A DNA stretch of 64,000 nt, taken from an uncultured Acidobacteriota bacterium (GTDB lineage: Bacteria > Acidobacteriota > Vicinamibacteria > Vicinamibacterales > Fen-181). Location: positions 82,826 to 146,825 of the forward strand of contig CAVSGZ010000007.1 of assembly GCA_963727765.1 (NCBI GenBank). Direction: 5' to 3'. Position numbers and translations under genes: made by a program. Positions within the stretch are counted from its first letter, which is position 1. The number at the start of each line of letters is the position of its first letter. Below are positions 61,540-64,000 of the stretch, piece by piece. The notes beneath the pieces were generated by a model. That model made no database searches, was not told the origin of the DNA, and saw nothing but the letters and a program-made list of their open reading frames with translations.

Positions 61540-62017
61540 GAAGACCGTGGCCCGCCTGTCTCACGTGGACGGCACGGGGCGGGTCCGGATGGTCGATGTC
61601 AGCCGCAAGGCTGTTACCGCACGCGAAGCGGTCGCCCGGGGGCACATCGCGATGTCGCCGGCCGCGATCGACGCCATCCGCACGGGCCGCGTCGCCAAGG
61701 GCGATCCGCTCCAGGCCGCGCGCCTGGCGGGCATCATGGGGGCCAAGCGGACCGCCGACCTCGTGCCGCTCTGCCACCCGCTGCCGCTCACGCACGTCGA
61801 CGTCGAGCTCGTCGCCACCTCAGACGGCTACGACATCGAGGCGCGCGCCCGCACGACCGCCCAGACGGGCGTCGAGATGGAGGCCTTGACGGCCGTCTCG
61901 GTGGCGGCGCTGACCGTCTACGACATGCTCAAGGCGGTCGACAAGACGATGGTCATCGGGGGGATCCGGCTGATGGAGAAGCGGGGCGGGCGTTCGGGGG
62001 AATGGCGGCGGGAATGA
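61523..62017 (+). CDS. moaC: cyclic pyranopterin monophosphate synthase
   Basis: [18 protein letters not shown]...[23 protein letters not shown]...[26 protein letters not shown]. 164 aa. Confidence 0.9.
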   Translation: MPKPTKKTVARLSHVDGTGRVRMVDVSRKAVTAREAVARGHIAMSPAAIDAIRTGRVAKGDPLQAARLAGIMGAKRTADLVPLCHPLPLTHVDVELVATSDGYDIEARARTTAQTGVEMEALTAVSVAALTVYDMLKAVDKTMVIGGIRLMEKRGGRSGEWRRE

Positions 62018-62985
62018 AGGTCGTCACGTCGGTCTACTCGGATCCCACCTGGACGATCCCGCTCGTCGAGGTCGAGAAACTTCAACGCGCGTTTCCGCAC
62101 CTCCGGATCGTCGATGCGCCGTCCCGGGAGGCACGCCTTTGTGAGCTGCCCGACGCGGACGTGGCGTTCTTATCGCAGCTCAAGCCCGACGAGTTCGCCG
62201 TCGCCTCGCGCCTTCGCTGGATTCAGAGCCCGGCGGCCGGCGTGGCCAGCCTGTTGTTCCCCGAACTTCGCGAGAGCGGAGTGGTCCTCACCAACTCGCG
62301 CGGCATCCACGGCGACGCGATGGCCGAGCACGTCATCGGCCTGGCGATCGTGCTCTTCCGCCAGATTCACACCGCGGTGCGGTACCAGGTCTCGCACGAG
62401 TGGAAGAAGCCGCCACAGTCCGCCTGCCGGATGCTCCGCGGTCACGTGATGGGTGTCGTCGGCCTGGGGGCGATTGGCACGGCGGTCGCCGAACGGGCGG
62501 CGGCCCTCGGCATGGACGTGATCGCCGTTCGGCGACGGGTGGACCAGCCGCGCCCGACCTGTGTGTCCGCCACCTACCCGCCGACGGAACTGGGCGCCGT
62601 CCTGGGCCGATCGGATGTGGTCGTCGTGACGGCGCCGCTGACCGGCGACACCCGGGGACTCATCGGCGGCGCCGAACTGCGGCAGATGCGGCCGCAAGCC
62701 GTCCTCATCAACGTCTCGCGGGGCAAGCTCGTGCGGGAAGAGGAACTGGCGGCCGAACTCGCGCGGGGCACGATCGGCGGCGCCGCGCTCGACGTGTTCG
62801 AGCACGAGCCGCTGTCGGCGGACAGCCCGCTGTGGGACCTGCCGAACCTGGTTATCACGCCCCACACGTCGGCGTTCCGGGAGGACTACTGGACGCTGGC
62901 GGTGGACCTGTTCGCGTCCAACCTCCGCCGCTTCGAGCGGGGCGAAGCGCTGGCGAATGTCGTGGACAAGCACATCGGTTACTGA
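62014..62985 (+). CDS. D-isomer-specific 2-hydroxyacid dehydrogenase family protein
   Basis: ATG 62014 overlaps the moaC stop (ATGA); alternative start at 62002. NAD motif [16 protein letters not shown]. Also INVSRG and the catalytic ITPHTSA. Confidence 0.85.
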   Translation: MKVVTSVYSDPTWTIPLVEVEKLQRAFPHLRIVDAPSREARLCELPDADVAFLSQLKPDEFAVASRLRWIQSPAAGVASLLFPELRESGVVLTNSRGIHGDAMAEHVIGLAIVLFRQIHTAVRYQVSHEWKKPPQSACRMLRGHVMGVVGLGAIGTAVAERAAALGMDVIAVRRRVDQPRPTCVSATYPPTELGAVLGRSDVVVVTAPLTGDTRGLIGGAELRQMRPQAVLINVSRGKLVREEELAAELARGTIGGAALDVFEHEPLSADSPLWDLPNLVITPHTSAFREDYWTLAVDLFASNLRRFERGEALANVVDKHIGY

Positions 62986-63032
62986 TTTCTCATTTTGGGT
63001 TCGCCCGTCTTTTGAGTAGAATTCGCAATCCT

Positions 63033-64000
63033 GTGGAGACCAACCACCCGTTCACCCTGGCCGACCTGACATTCCGCTGCCTGGACCTGTTCTCCAAGGC
63101 CGATGTGCTGTGCCACTGCGACGAGCGCGGAGGCGACGCCCGTTCGACCGCACAGCTGTTTGAAGAGACCCGCGCGCTCAGCCTGGGCCTGCGCGCCATC
63201 GGCCTCGAGACCGGCGACCGCGTGGCCCTCATCAGCGACAGCCGGCCCGAATGGGTGATCAGCGATCTGGCCGTTCTGGCGGCCGGCGCGGTCACCGTGC
63301 CCGTTTATCCGACGCTGTCCTCGCCGCAGGCCTGGTTCATCCTGGCCGAGAGCGGGGCGCGCATCGCCGTCGTCGCCAACGCGTCGCAGGTGGACAAGAT
63401 CAACGAGGCCGTGCCGGACGCCTACGAGCTCGAGACGATCGTCGTCATGGATGGCGATGCGAAAGGCGGCCGGTTCCGGGTGCTGACGTTCGGCGAGGTG
63501 ATCGACCGCGGCAGAGCCGCGCTCGAGGCCGATCCCGCGGCGGCCGACCGGTACCGCGAAGCGGCCGCGGCCGTCCAACCGGAATCGCTCGCGACCATCG
63601 TCTACACGTCCGGGACGACGGGGGACCCGAAGGGGGTCATGCTGACCCACCGGAACATCGTCTCCAACGTGCTGGCGACGCAGGGGTGGCTCGGCCTCGA
63701 CCCGAGCGATCGGATCCTGTCGTTCCTGCCCCTCAGCCACGTGTTCGAGCGCGTGGTGCTCTTCCGCTGCCTGTACGACGGGGTGAGCATCTACTTCGCC
63801 GAGAGCATGGCCAGTGTGGCCCGCGACCTGCTGCGCGTGCGGCCCACGATCATGACAGGCGTGCCCCGGGCGTGGGAGAAGTTCTACCAGGCGATCCAGG
63901 ACGGCCTCAAGGCGCTCGGCGGTCCGCGAAAGAAGCTGGCCGACTGGGGCATCGGCGTCGGGTACGACTACGCGAAGCTGTGGCTGTCCGGCGGGAGGAT
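63033..64000 (+). CDS. AMP-dependent long-chain acyl-CoA synthetase (5' part; continues past the right edge)
   Basis: Open frame from GTG 63033 to the window end, not in the track because it has no stop. ...GDRVALISDSRPEWVISDLAVLAAGAVTVPVYPTL... and the AMP-binding motif IVYTSGTTGDPKGVMLTHRNI at 63597. Confidence 0.8.
   Translation, partial: METNHPFTLADLTFRCLDLFSKADVLCHCDERGGDARSTAQLFEETRALSLGLRAIGLETGDRVALISDSRPEWVISDLAVLAAGAVTVPVYPTLSSPQAWFILAESGARIAVVANASQVDKINEAVPDAYELETIVVMDGDAKGGRFRVLTFGEVIDRGRAALEADPAAADRYREAAAAVQPESLATIVYTSGTTGDPKGVMLTHRNIVSNVLATQGWLGLDPSDRILSFLPLSHVFERVVLFRCLYDGVSIYFAESMASVARDLLRVRPTIMTGVPRAWEKFYQAIQDGLKALGGPRKKLADWGIGVGYDYAKLWLSGGR

Overview
High-GC (roughly two-thirds G+C by eye) bacterial chromosomal segment, most likely Acidobacteriota. 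The taxon is inferred from a TIGR03436-type VWFA protein, a CarboxypepD_reg-type TonB receptor and a PEGA protein. I can support about 50 protein genes and one tRNA-Leu(CAA). I saw no rRNA, CRISPR array, transposase or integrase.

The dominant feature is a 24-kb carbohydrate supercluster at 27.8-51.9 kb, built from two convergent, translationally coupled operons.
- Plus-strand operon: Eda, KdgK, GH88-like, cupin, Gfo/Idh/MocA, SDR. Together these give a complete route from unsaturated uronate to KDPG.
- Minus-strand operon (11 genes): SSF transporter, xylose-isomerase-like TIM barrel, GH15-like, GH38 mannosidase, Gfo/Idh/MocA, two URO-D-like proteins, a signal-peptide heparinase II/III-like protein, an alpha/alpha-barrel protein, a Tat-signal PLP enzyme and a 767-aa unknown.
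- It has no SusC/D pair, ABC transporter, sulfatase or regulator. This is my best candidate for an undescribed system.

Other content:
- A ROK regulator divergent from an ArgH-like/SSF/OMP unit.
- A PIG-L/ThuA-like gene next to a TonB receptor.
- hpf and asnA.
- An RND tripartite efflux pump.
- A small islet of hypothetical, repeat-rich envelope proteins at 18.9-24.3 kb.
- A POT transporter with an M24 peptidase.
- carD, plsC, an OPT transporter, rex, moaC and a partial fadD-like gene.

Two cross-cutting observations:
1. A ~30-nt palindromic REP-like element occurs three times. Two tandem copies sit in frame inside the GH38 gene, and one supplies the stop codon of the PLP-enzyme gene.
2. At least six single-nucleotide frameshifts interrupt otherwise well-conserved genes, often at short G/C runs. 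This suggests assembly indels rather than true pseudogenes.

All family assignments come from reading motifs in the translations. No database search was run.
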